This document shows, piece after piece, positions 1 through 8,044 of a stretch of DNA of 17,809 nucleotides. Origin of the DNA: Candidatus Iainarchaeum sp. (GTDB lineage Archaea > Iainarchaeota > Iainarchaeia > Iainarchaeales > UBA10191); contig JAUSFL010000045.1 in the NCBI GenBank assembly GCA_030649735.1, positions 1-17,809 on the forward strand. Direction: 5' to 3'. The first letter of the stretch is position 1, and each line of letters starts with the position of its first letter. Below the pieces are notes generated by a model. It saw nothing but the letters and a program-made list of their open reading frames with translations. It did not search any database and had not been told where the DNA came from. The translations under genes were made by a program, and so were the position numbers.

Positions 1-527
1 CAGATTCCTGGGTCGCCAGTGTAGCTTCTGTGGCAAAACCTGTTTTGTAAGTTTGTGGGGTCATTGTGGCTTATCTCTGAAAGCCAGAAGTATTGGTCTG
101 GATAACAGTTTGTGACAGGCCATGCCGCAGTGTTTTGGCAGGTCCAATAATTTGTTCCGCTTACGGCAGAGTTCAAATAGTTTCCGCCGGTATCAAAATT
201 TGCAAGTTGTACTGTAATATTATTTTCTTTAGCATACTGTAAAAAGCCATACAGTCCTTGCATGTCTGTGGCTTCATAAGTTCTTTGCATTTCTGAAGGC
301 GCATACCATGAAGGACTCCAGCCAAGGACTCTTGCGAATTGCATGTGCGTACTGTCAAGAAGAGGCCTGATTCTATAGTCTGTCCAGTTTTGGAAGTTTG
401 TTGAATTAACATTCCATCCGACTCCCTTAAAATTGTGCGTTGGGCTTGCAAAATTGATGCTTACAGTAACGCCGAACGTGACGGGCAAAACCAGAAGAAA
501 AGCCAAAAGCAATATTTGTAATTTCAT
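1..527 (-). CDS. Secreted putative glycoside hydrolase (clan GH-A/TIM-barrel-like), 5' part only; runs off the window edge
   Basis: Not in the ORF track. Translated by hand from ATG at 527, it is open to position 1: MKLQILLLAFLLVLPVTFG-VTVSINFASPTHNFKGVGWNV...MQFARV...MQGLYGFLQYAKENNITVQL... It has a Sec-type signal peptide. 'V.I.F....HNFKGVGWN' resembles the first barrel strand of GH30/GH39/GH5-like enzymes. The family assignment is an inference. Confidence 0.7.
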   Translation of the reverse strand, partial: MKLQILLLAFLLVLPVTFGVTVSINFASPTHNFKGVGWNVNSTNFQNWTDYRIRPLLDSTHMQFARVLGWSPSWYAPSEMQRTYEATDMQGLYGFLQYAKENNITVQLANFDTGGNYLNSAVSGTNYWTCQNTAAWPVTNCYPDQYFWLSEISHNDPTNLQNRFCHRSYTGDPGI

Positions 528-532
528 TCTTT

Positions 533-566
533 TTCAATTAGTTTCTTTCAAGATTTATACTTTTCC
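533..566 (-). promoter_or_regulatory. BRE-TATA promoter of the partial GH gene
   Basis: The minus strand reads GGAAAAG-TATAAAT about 30 nt upstream of ATG 527. It is nearly identical to the element at 2361-2394. Confidence 0.65.
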
Positions 567-597
567 CTATGGAATTATTCAAGTGGTTTTAAAATGG

Positions 598-2358
598 CTA
601 GCAGTTTGTCCCGATTTTGTCTGCTGCTGCCTGCAAGTCTGCAATGTCGACTGCGCTGTCGCCTGCGATGTTAAAAGCCAAATCATTTTCATTGATTGCT
701 TTCACTATCCTGGTGAGGTCCAGGATGTTGATTGTTCCGTCTTTTTTTGCGTCAGGACAGGCGCTTGTTGGGACAATAATGCATTGCTTTTGAATATCGC
801 ATTTTTTTCCAGCGCCGCAAGAAGCCCCATTTGCAAGGCTGCTGCAGTTTTCTGCAGTTTGGGGCAGTGCGGTTATTCGATTGCTTGCAAGAATGAAAGC
901 GCCAACTCCATGAGCGTCATTTTCTGCTTTTGGCCTGGTCAAATAAAAATCTGCGGTGGAACCAACGCTTGTTCCGACGCAAATGTCGGTTATTACAAGC
1001 AGGTTGCTTGAGTTAACGTATGCTTTTCCCCCAAGCCCTTTCCATCCATTTTGCATTGTTTGCGAAAATACTGAAGAAGGCAAGTATCCTCTTTCAATTG
1101 ATTTTTTCAAGCCGTAAACAAACATTGCGCTTGCTGATGTTTCTATCCAGTTTCCTTGCAGGCTTGGTTGGTCAATTATTTGAAACCACAATCCTGTTTT
1201 TGGGTCTTGAAAACTTTTAAGCCCGTCAGCCTGCTTTCTTAAAATTTGCAGCAATTGCGCCCGTTTTGGATGGCTTGCTGGAAGATAATCCAAGAATTCA
1301 ATCAATCCCATAAAATACCAGCCATTGGCCCTGCCCCACTTGATTGGATAGTTTGAACTGTCGGAGTCTTTCCAGCCATGATACAATAATCCCGAGCTTG
1401 GGTCTTGAAGCCTGTTTGCGTGGATTATGAACTGGTTTGCGCCTTCGTCAAAATACCTTTGTTCTCCAGTGTCTTTTCCAAGCCTGCCCATTGGAGGCCC
1501 GATCATGAACATTGTGTCGCCCCATAATTCTCCAGGAACGTGCTGGACTCCGCCATCTCTTGTTTTGGGCATTGCCCAAATGTAATTTTCTGCAATTTGT
1601 TTTGCAGCGTCCAAATACTTGCTTTCATGGGTTTCTTCAAAAAGAAACAGTATTGGCAGAATTATTGCATCCATGTTTACGTGCAATACTGCAGTGCCTG
1701 TTATTATTGGGCTTGTGTAGATTTCTGGATCAATCCAATTTCTTATGTAATTGAAGTATTTTTGGTCGCCAGTGTTTTTCCAAGTCCTTTCCAGGCCGTA
1801 AAGCATTAGCGCGTTTGGATAGCCGTAATTTGGAGCGGGGTTTGGAATTCTAGACATTAAAGAGTCTGAAACCATTTTGTATAGTTCGGAGTCTGAAATC
1901 AATTGTGTTTTGTCAACGACAAAAATGAAATAGTTTATTTTAATGCTTTTTTTTGGTATTGAAACAGTTCCTGCAGGAAAGTCCTTGAACATCAATGTCA
2001 TTTGCCCGCTGTTTGAAGCGCCAGCATCTGTGACATTAATTATTGCGTTAGTGCTTTCCCACCCAGTAAAAAAAGCCTCCCTAGTGTCCCAAGCCAAAAA
2101 AACCCTCACTGGCGCGTTCACGTTAAAGCTGACAGCGCTTGTTGTTGCAGGATCTGCTGGAGTTTTGATTGCCTTGTGATTTTCAAGAAAGTAAGGAATT
2201 TCTGAAGTTATTGCATAAGTTCTGTCAATGTAATATTCGCTTCCTTTTCCAAGGCCTGCTTCAATCAATTGCAAATTTGAGGGCTGGACTGCTGTTATTG
2301 AAACAGCTGCTGAAAACCCGGCAAAGAAAAGCAGGAAAACCAAAAGCGCGAGCTTCAT
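598..2358 (-). CDS. Secreted GH105/GH88-family unsaturated glycuronyl hydrolase (YteR/YesR-like) with N-terminal beta-rich module, Cys-rich linker and C-terminal dockerin-like domain
   Basis: Signal peptide MKLALLVFLLFFAGFSAA. GH105 motifs: NMD, LWGDTMFM (cf. WxDxxxM with the catalytic Asp), LLYHGW, WGRANGW, GLWFQIID, NWIETSASAMFVY, DICVGT, HGVGAFILA. The C-terminus has two Ca-binding-type loops, DAKKDGTINILDL and NIAGDSAVDIADL. Confidence 0.9.
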   Translation of the reverse strand: MKLALLVFLLFFAGFSAAVSITAVQPSNLQLIEAGLGKGSEYYIDRTYAITSEIPYFLENHKAIKTPADPATTSAVSFNVNAPVRVFLAWDTREAFFTGWESTNAIINVTDAGASNSGQMTLMFKDFPAGTVSIPKKSIKINYFIFVVDKTQLISDSELYKMVSDSLMSRIPNPAPNYGYPNALMLYGLERTWKNTGDQKYFNYIRNWIDPEIYTSPIITGTAVLHVNMDAIILPILFLFEETHESKYLDAAKQIAENYIWAMPKTRDGGVQHVPGELWGDTMFMIGPPMGRLGKDTGEQRYFDEGANQFIIHANRLQDPSSGLLYHGWKDSDSSNYPIKWGRANGWYFMGLIEFLDYLPASHPKRAQLLQILRKQADGLKSFQDPKTGLWFQIIDQPSLQGNWIETSASAMFVYGLKKSIERGYLPSSVFSQTMQNGWKGLGGKAYVNSSNLLVITDICVGTSVGSTADFYLTRPKAENDAHGVGAFILASNRITALPQTAENCSSLANGASCGAGKKCDIQKQCIIVPTSACPDAKKDGTINILDLTRIVKAINENDLAFNIAGDSAVDIADLQAAADKIGTNC

Positions 2359-2360
2359 GC

Positions 2361-2394
2361 TTCAATTAGTTTTTTCAAGTTTTAATTCTTTTCC
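2361..2394 (-). promoter_or_regulatory. BRE-TATA promoter of the GH105 gene (probably a short-leader or leaderless mRNA)
   Basis: The minus strand reads GGAAAAG-AATTAAAA about 25 nt upstream of ATG 2358. It matches the element at 533-566. Confidence 0.6.
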
Positions 2395-2409
2395 TGGACT
2401 TGCGGCCTG

Positions 2410-4821
2410 TCAGAACAGCTTTGTTTGCTTGCCGCCGTGCTTTAGGTCTTCTACAGTGTAGCCTAGCTCTTGCATTATCCGCTCTACTGCAGGAAGAACC
2501 TGATTCATTATGTAGTAGTCTGCGTCGTAGTTTCCTTCCTGCACAAACTCTTCGAGCTCTGCCTTTTCTGAAATGCTTTTTCCGCTTCGAGTAATAATGT
2601 AGCCTACAATTGTTCCGACCTCAATTTTCACGCCTTTCTTTCTTGCCTTCAATGCTGCGGAGACTTGAGGGTTGATAATGTCGTATTTTTCCAAAGGCTT
2701 TTGGATTTCAGAAAAAACCACAAGCTCTTTTTTCGGGACTTTTCCTTCCTTCAAATCTGTAATTCTTTTCTTCACTATTTGCGCGGCCTTTTCAGGATTT
2801 CCTTCCTTCAAAACTGCTTCAATGACTTCCTTTTGCGTTTGCTTCGCAATATTTGACCAATCCCTGCGCACGTACTCAAAGCCGACAATTTTCAAATTGT
2901 CCTTGTAATCAATCAGCGCATAGCGCTTTTTTGCAGCCTTGTTGCCTGACTTTTGCATCACAAAAATTCCGCGCTTGTAAAAATTCTCCAGCTCCAGTTC
3001 CATTGGCTTTGGAACTTCTTTGTTCACTTTTTCAACAAATTTTTCCAAATCCTCGCGCGTTTTCTTGCCTAGCTTGAGCATTGCGGAGTCAGTGTCTCCG
3101 TAAATCACTTCAAACCCGTCCTGCTCTGCGCGATGCATTGTCTGCTTTATGTAATGCCTTGTCCATGCAAGTATTGAATTTCCGCATTCCCTGCAGTACC
3201 AGCGGCTTCTTGGATACCCCAAGTATCCAAAGAAGGAATTCAGCACGATTTTGAAGGCCCATTGCTTTGCAAAAAGCAAATCGTAATTCTCATCGCTTTT
3301 TTTTGCTTTCTTGAACTCGTTCTTGAAAGCAAACCTTTGCTTTAGAACCTCTGCCAAGTTGCGCGGTATAAAGCCTTGATTTTTTTCGCAAAAGTAATGG
3401 CCTGTTGGAGAAACATTCTTTCCTGAAGCGCATTCCTTGTGCTCGCAGTCTATTGTTTCCGGAGAAACATTGTGCGTGATGATTATTGTAGGGTGAAAGC
3501 TTCGGAAGTCAATGACTGCAATGTTTTCGTGCAGTCCGTGAGTCGGCTCGCGCACAAAAGCGCCTTCAACTTCCTGGCTCATTCTTTCAGTGACAGTGCT
3601 TTCATGCGGCTTGCTTGGAACAATAAGATTTTGCTCAAAGCTTTTGATGATGAGCAATTGCTCAACCAGCATTCCGCCAGTAATGCGCGAGGCGTCATAA
3701 AGCGTCAATCTTCCAAGCCTGCAGACTTCAATGCTTAATGGAAGGTATTTTTGCACTATTTCAAAAGCGGCTTGCGAGTCTTCAAGATTGTATTTTGCAA
3801 GGGCTTCAATTCCTTTCTCGCCTTCCCAGACTTCTTGAATGTTTTTGAAATCAAATTTGTCCTTTGGCTTTCCAAGAAGCGCTGCGCTGACTGACTCCAA
3901 GTCGTACTTTATGAGGTTGATTACTTGAAAGCGCGTGAGAAAAGCGACCATTTGGTAAGCGTCAAGGTGCTGTACTCCCTTGAGCCTGAATGCGGTGTCC
4001 ATTCCTTTGCGCGAAGCCGAAGGCTCTGTTTTGTCGGAATTGATTTTGAAATCAACCCCGTTGATTTTGCACCTTTCCTTAATGTATGGAAAGTCAAACT
4101 GGTCTCCATTGTAAGTGACTATGATGTCTGGCTCCAGGAGCTTTAATTCCTGCACGAATGCTTCAAGCATTGCCTTTTCGTTCTGCATTATTTTGCAGAA
4201 CTCCAGCTTTGCGAGCTTTTTCTTGTAGGAAAAGACCTTTGAGTAGTCCTTGCCAGCGACTGAAATCATCATTATCGGGTCTTTTTTCGCGCTTGAGAAT
4301 TTTCCCGGAGAGTATGTTTCAATGTCAATGCTGTAAATCTTGAACTTGCTTTTCTGCAGTTCTTTTGCCTTGGCGCTTGTTGCGTTTCCTTCCTTGTCGA
4401 GTTCTATTTCAATCATGTTCATTGGCTGGAGCGCGTTGTTTATCAAAAACCTTTTTGAGAAGGGAATGTCATACTCTCTTTTTTCCAAGACTCCTTTGAC
4501 GTGCTTTATTTCTTCGCGGCAAGCCATCAAGTCCGAGACTTTGCTAAAATAAATTTTGAAGGCGTTCTCTGCATTCTCGAATTCCATTCTTTCTGCAGCC
4601 AGGATTTTTGCCGCCTTTTCCCCGAACTCAATTTCCAAAAGCTTTTTTTCAGTCAATGAGCCGTCAGTCAGTATGTAAAAGTATGGCTTGAAGCTTGGGA
4701 ATTCAAAATGTTTTATCCCGCTTTCAGTCCTTAAAAAAAGCCTTATTACTGAAGCGTTTTCAGTGTCCTTATAGTCTGCATCAAGCAGAATTCCCTCAAT
4801 TTTTCCAGCGCCAAGACGCAT
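2410..4821 (-). CDS. polB: Archaeal family B DNA polymerase (PolB3-like) with 3'-5' exonuclease and C-terminal PIP-like motif
   Basis: Exonuclease motifs: ExoI DIETY, ExoII YNGDQFDFPY, ExoIII YNLED. Polymerase motifs: A DFRSFHPTII, B KIVLNSFFG, C YGDTDS, plus KKRY and GFEYVRRDWS. N-terminal uracil-pocket-like motifs are DADY, FKPYFY and EYDIPF. The C-terminus is QTKLF. At 803 aa it has no intein-sized insertion. Confidence 0.97.
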   Translation of the reverse strand: MRLGAGKIEGILLDADYKDTENASVIRLFLRTESGIKHFEFPSFKPYFYILTDGSLTEKKLLEIEFGEKAAKILAAERMEFENAENAFKIYFSKVSDLMACREEIKHVKGVLEKREYDIPFSKRFLINNALQPMNMIEIELDKEGNATSAKAKELQKSKFKIYSIDIETYSPGKFSSAKKDPIMMISVAGKDYSKVFSYKKKLAKLEFCKIMQNEKAMLEAFVQELKLLEPDIIVTYNGDQFDFPYIKERCKINGVDFKINSDKTEPSASRKGMDTAFRLKGVQHLDAYQMVAFLTRFQVINLIKYDLESVSAALLGKPKDKFDFKNIQEVWEGEKGIEALAKYNLEDSQAAFEIVQKYLPLSIEVCRLGRLTLYDASRITGGMLVEQLLIIKSFEQNLIVPSKPHESTVTERMSQEVEGAFVREPTHGLHENIAVIDFRSFHPTIIITHNVSPETIDCEHKECASGKNVSPTGHYFCEKNQGFIPRNLAEVLKQRFAFKNEFKKAKKSDENYDLLFAKQWAFKIVLNSFFGYLGYPRSRWYCRECGNSILAWTRHYIKQTMHRAEQDGFEVIYGDTDSAMLKLGKKTREDLEKFVEKVNKEVPKPMELELENFYKRGIFVMQKSGNKAAKKRYALIDYKDNLKIVGFEYVRRDWSNIAKQTQKEVIEAVLKEGNPEKAAQIVKKRITDLKEGKVPKKELVVFSEIQKPLEKYDIINPQVSAALKARKKGVKIEVGTIVGYIITRSGKSISEKAELEEFVQEGNYDADYYIMNQVLPAVERIMQELGYTVEDLKHGGKQTKLF

Positions 4822-4868
4822 AATTTTTAAAGCCCCTGTTCCTATTCTAATAAGAAGAATTTTTAAGT
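4822..4868. promoter_or_regulatory. Compact divergent promoter region between polB and the coiled-coil gene
   Basis: About 50 nt of AT-rich spacer between divergent starts, with TATA-like TTTTTAAA (about 4824-4831) and TTTTTAAG (about 4860-4867). Confidence 0.4.
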
Positions 4869-4875
4869 GAATTCA

Positions 4876-5400
4876 ATGGTTCATCAAAGGCCCCAAAGGG
4901 CTCAAGAACAGTCAAGTGGCAGTTCGCAAATTGCTTCAGGCAGTTCTGTGTCTTCAGGCTCTAGTTCTGGACAGGTTTTTTTAAAAGACCTCGCGGCTGA
5001 CGTAAAGGCATTGAATTCTTCAATTTTGCTCTTGAGCCAGAAAATGCAGTATGTGGTAAGGAACGAGAAGATTTTGGGAAGAAACCTTCTGGTTTTGAAC
5101 AAGAAAATCGAGGAACTCCAGAACAGGAAGCCTTCGGATGAAGGCGGGGCTTCGGCAAAGGACACGCAGGCCTTAAAGCAGGACTTGGAAAACACCAGCA
5201 CTGAATTGACCCGCCTAGGCCACAGCATGATTGAAGTAAGGGATGCTTTAGAGCAGGTGAAATTGAATTATGCAAAGTCCGAGGACTTTAAGGAATTAAA
5301 ATACGTGATTGACGCAATAAATCCTTTAGAGTTTGTAAGCGTAAAACAGGTTGACGCTTTGATTGAAAGGAAAATCCAGGAAGCCTTGAAGAAAAAATGA
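4876..5400 (+). CDS. Hypothetical coiled-coil protein with Ser-rich disordered N-terminus
   Basis: The ORF track starts at GTG 4867, but ATG 4876 is more likely. Heptad-rich segments are LKDLAADVKALNSSILLLSQKM and LKQDLENTSTELTRLGHSMIEVRDALEQV. It has no TM segment and fills the gap between polB and the Zn-ribbon gene. Confidence 0.8.
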   Translation: MVHQRPQRAQEQSSGSSQIASGSSVSSGSSSGQVFLKDLAADVKALNSSILLLSQKMQYVVRNEKILGRNLLVLNKKIEELQNRKPSDEGGASAKDTQALKQDLENTSTELTRLGHSMIEVRDALEQVKLNYAKSEDFKELKYVIDAINPLEFVSVKQVDALIERKIQEALKKK

Positions 5401-5422
5401 AAATCTGCAGATAACCGCTAAT

Positions 5423-5674
5423 CTAATCCTTATAGCTTAAGACTTCTTTTTCCACAACTTTTCTTGACTTGCATTTTGGGCACATTGGCAAAAGGCCTTG
5501 CTTGAATTTTCCGCCGCACTGCGGGCAGCCGATAACTGCCGGGCTGTCTCTTGGAATCAACTGGATGTAATCGCATTTTTCGCACCTGTAAAGCACTGCC
5601 TGCTTTAGGTCTCCGTGCGTTGCGTTGAATTCATTGCCGCATTTTTGGCATTTGAAGATTGCGGTTACTGCCAT
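5423..5674 (-). CDS. Small double zinc-ribbon protein
   Basis: Four CxxC pairs (CQKC, CEKC, CPQC, CPKC) in 83 aa. A GAGGGAG Shine-Dalgarno-like sequence lies upstream, and the start is 2 nt from the preceding stop. Confidence 0.85.
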   Translation of the reverse strand: MAVTAIFKCQKCGNEFNATHGDLKQAVLYRCEKCDYIQLIPRDSPAVIGCPQCGGKFKQGLLPMCPKCKSRKVVEKEVLSYKD

Positions 5675-5676
5675 CT

Positions 5677-6399
5677 TTAACTCCCTCTTGTTTTTTTGAT
5701 TGAATCCTGCCTTTTTTCTATCAAGTCAAAGAATTCAGGCATTGAAGCGGCTTCTTTCCAGCTAAGGAATGACAATTCAGTCAATTTCCTGCCAAGCTTT
5801 ATTTGGCCTGTTTTAACTCCTGATTTTAGGAAAGCAATCACATTGGCCGGCAATTTGTTTTTTTCAACTCTTGGGTTTAGCTTGTCCAAATTGCCAATGT
5901 CACTGAGTATTGACTTTTGGCTGAACAAACGCCTGTGAATTTTTTCTTGCGCGGAAGGATTTTCGTTAATCCATATTTCAATAATTCCTTTTTCAATCCT
6001 TACTGCGCCAGTAACTGCGATTTTGCTGCGCTCTCTTGTCGGATGCACTATAAATCGCTTTCTGGAACCAAAAAGCAGCATTCTATTTCTGCCGGAAAAG
6101 CTATCCAAAGGGTCCTGGTTGTATTGAAAAGAATTCAGCCATTTGTGAATTTCGCTTTCGCTCCGGTTTTTTGTTACTGCATCTCCTCTTGGCATTTCTT
6201 CCCATCTTAGTCTTTTGTATTGCCTTCCTTTTTCATCAGTCCTTGCAAGCAGGCGGGGCTGTTCTAAAGAATGCGAAAGCCTGAATTGCTCTGGCCGCGA
6301 GTAAACCTTGAATGGAGTCACGCTTGCCTGCGGAACGCTTTGGGCTATTTTTTTGAGCTTTTTTAACCCAAAAAGCTTGTTATACTGTCTGCTTGGCAT
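5677..6399 (-). CDS. Hypothetical basic (Lys/Arg-rich) protein
   Basis: A 240-aa ORF packed between its neighbours with 4-nt and 2-nt gaps. I recognise no motif. Confidence 0.75.
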   Translation of the reverse strand: MPSRQYNKLFGLKKLKKIAQSVPQASVTPFKVYSRPEQFRLSHSLEQPRLLARTDEKGRQYKRLRWEEMPRGDAVTKNRSESEIHKWLNSFQYNQDPLDSFSGRNRMLLFGSRKRFIVHPTRERSKIAVTGAVRIEKGIIEIWINENPSAQEKIHRRLFSQKSILSDIGNLDKLNPRVEKNKLPANVIAFLKSGVKTGQIKLGRKLTELSFLSWKEAASMPEFFDLIEKRQDSIKKTRGS

Positions 6400-6403
6400 T
6401 TTT

Positions 6404-7963
6404 TCACTTGCCAGTTCGGAATTCCGAAATTGTCGGGCGGAATAGAACGCGGTATTGCTTTCTGTTGGACAATTTCATTCCAACGTCGTTTTGCATGATG
6501 ATTCCGAATTCTGACTCGATGTTTTTCATCAATTCGTCATCCAAGTCTATTTCCCTGGTTACTGAAACAGCGAAACCGACTCCGTAATCCTTTAATTCTT
6601 TCAGTGAATTCGCAAGGCTCTTGAAAGAGCCTGTTTTGTAAAATTGCGAGAGCTTTTGTATTTCCGGAATGAAAATCATTGACTTTGGCTGCTTGGATGT
6701 CCCTTTTTCCTTGTAGAACAAGAGCATTTCCTTGACAATGGCTTCAATCAAGAGCATTGCCTGCCTCATGTCAAGCCCTGCAATGCTGATAATGCTTGCC
6801 CTTCCGATTGCGCGGACCCAGTTTTTCGAGATTTCTTCCATGTTGTTTTTTCCGTCAAAAAACTTTGGATACCTTAATTGAATCAAGTTTAGAGTGCGGA
6901 TTGCCTTCATTTTTTGGTAGGCCGTGATTTCAGTCGAGAACTCCATTTTTTTGACTGCTTCGCTGATTTCTTGCATTGAGCCTGCGTTTGCTTGGGACAT
7001 TGTCAAAATTATTATTTTTCCGGGCGGAAGGCTTGAATTAATTCCGAACAATTCCAAAAGCCCTTCAGGGCTTATTGCAGAAACATTGGCCTGCACTTCA
7101 GTGCATGGGTTGAATTTTCTTGCGGGAAATCCGATTGGCTCTATTTCAAGCTTGAATTCCTTAAGTTTTTGCTTTTCAGTGCTTGCAAAGCCAATGCCTT
7201 CAAAGTTTTCATTCCAGTCAAAAATCACTGAAGGCACGTTGGAAAGAAGCGCGCCTTCAATCAATACTTGCATTGTGTGATTACGGTTTGTTTCAGTCCC
7301 GTCAAAGATTGCGCTCCTTAAAAGGAGGCTTAATGGCTCTTCAACTGCCTGCCCTTCCCTGGTGACTCCTAAAGTGACTTCTCCCGCAACAATTCTTGTT
7401 CCCGCGTTTTCCTGCATTGTTGCTTGCGCGCTTGAAGACATTGAGCTTGAGGCGCCAGAGTGGTAGTTTGTTGCAAGGCTTGGCAAAAGCAAAGGATAAG
7501 TGAAAAATTCTTCTTTAATGTCTGCTGGAGTTTCCTTAAGTTCTGTAAGCTTCAAGTCGTATGCTTTTGAAACGTCTTTTATCATTTCACTGCTGGTTTT
7601 GAGCTTTAAGAGTAGCGAGTCAGTGTCAAGCATTACTGAATCTTCCTTCCAGTCCGCATAGCTTGTTCCGCTGCCGACTGCCAAAAACTTCAAGGTTCTT
7701 TTGGAATCGTGCTTTGTCAATACTAGGAGCTCGCGCGGCAGTGTTTCTGAAAAAGTCTCAACGCTTCCTGAAGCAAGGTATATTTTGTAGAATTCTGAAA
7801 TCAGGCCTTTCACTTGCCCGTTTTCAACGTCAAAGATTGCGACCATTATGATGCTTTCTGGATTGCTGTAAAGCTGGACTTGGAATTTCTGGAAACTTCC
7901 TTCAAAAAGCTTTTCCCAAGGCCCGGAGCCAATGCGGAACATTTCAACCATGTTCAAAACCAC
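6404..7963 (-). CDS. HerA/FtsK/VirB4-like (DUF87-type) P-loop protein, predicted catalytically inactive, with unknown N-terminal domain
   Basis: The HerA-type scaffold is recognisable: VTLGVTREG, SAIFDGTETNRNHTMQVLIEGALLSNVPSVIFDW (Walker A region), MIFIPEIQ (Walker B region) and LKELKDYGVGFAVSVTREIDLD (cf. EGRKYGVGLxxATQRPxDL). The start may be ATG 7951. Confidence 0.75.
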   Translation of the reverse strand: MVLNMVEMFRIGSGPWEKLFEGSFQKFQVQLYSNPESIIMVAIFDVENGQVKGLISEFYKIYLASGSVETFSETLPRELLVLTKHDSKRTLKFLAVGSGTSYADWKEDSVMLDTDSLLLKLKTSSEMIKDVSKAYDLKLTELKETPADIKEEFFTYPLLLPSLATNYHSGASSSMSSSAQATMQENAGTRIVAGEVTLGVTREGQAVEEPLSLLLRSAIFDGTETNRNHTMQVLIEGALLSNVPSVIFDWNENFEGIGFASTEKQKLKEFKLEIEPIGFPARKFNPCTEVQANVSAISPEGLLELFGINSSLPPGKIIILTMSQANAGSMQEISEAVKKMEFSTEITAYQKMKAIRTLNLIQLRYPKFFDGKNNMEEISKNWVRAIGRASIISIAGLDMRQAMLLIEAIVKEMLLFYKEKGTSKQPKSMIFIPEIQKLSQFYKTGSFKSLANSLKELKDYGVGFAVSVTREIDLDDELMKNIESEFGIIMQNDVGMKLSNRKQYRVLFRPTISEFRTGK

Positions 7964-7974
7964 TTTTTCCTTCT

Positions 7975-8015
7975 AAAGAATATTTAAATATGGGTTCTCC
8001 TATTATTAATTAGTT
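7975..8015. promoter_or_regulatory. Divergent promoter with palindromic TATA box
   Basis: A perfect 12-bp palindrome, ATATTTAAATAT (7980-7991), lies between divergent genes and gives TTTAAATA on both strands. On the + strand it is preceded by purine-rich AAAGA. Confidence 0.55.
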
Positions 8016-8044
8016 TTTTGTTAAAAAAGGAGACGGTTTTTCGA

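Noticed and set aside
173-451. 92-aa minus-strand ORF in the track
   Set aside because: It overlaps, in another frame, the longer open frame from ATG 527 that has a signal peptide and a promoter.
433-1011. 192-aa plus-strand Cys-rich ORF
   Set aside because: It is antisense to the GH105 C-terminus and the partial GH gene, and is a shadow frame with no motif.
2410-4821. Inactivated PolB2-type enzyme, split polymerase or intein
   Set aside because: The catalytic DTD, motif A Asp, motif B Lys and Exo motifs are intact, and it is a single ORF of normal length.
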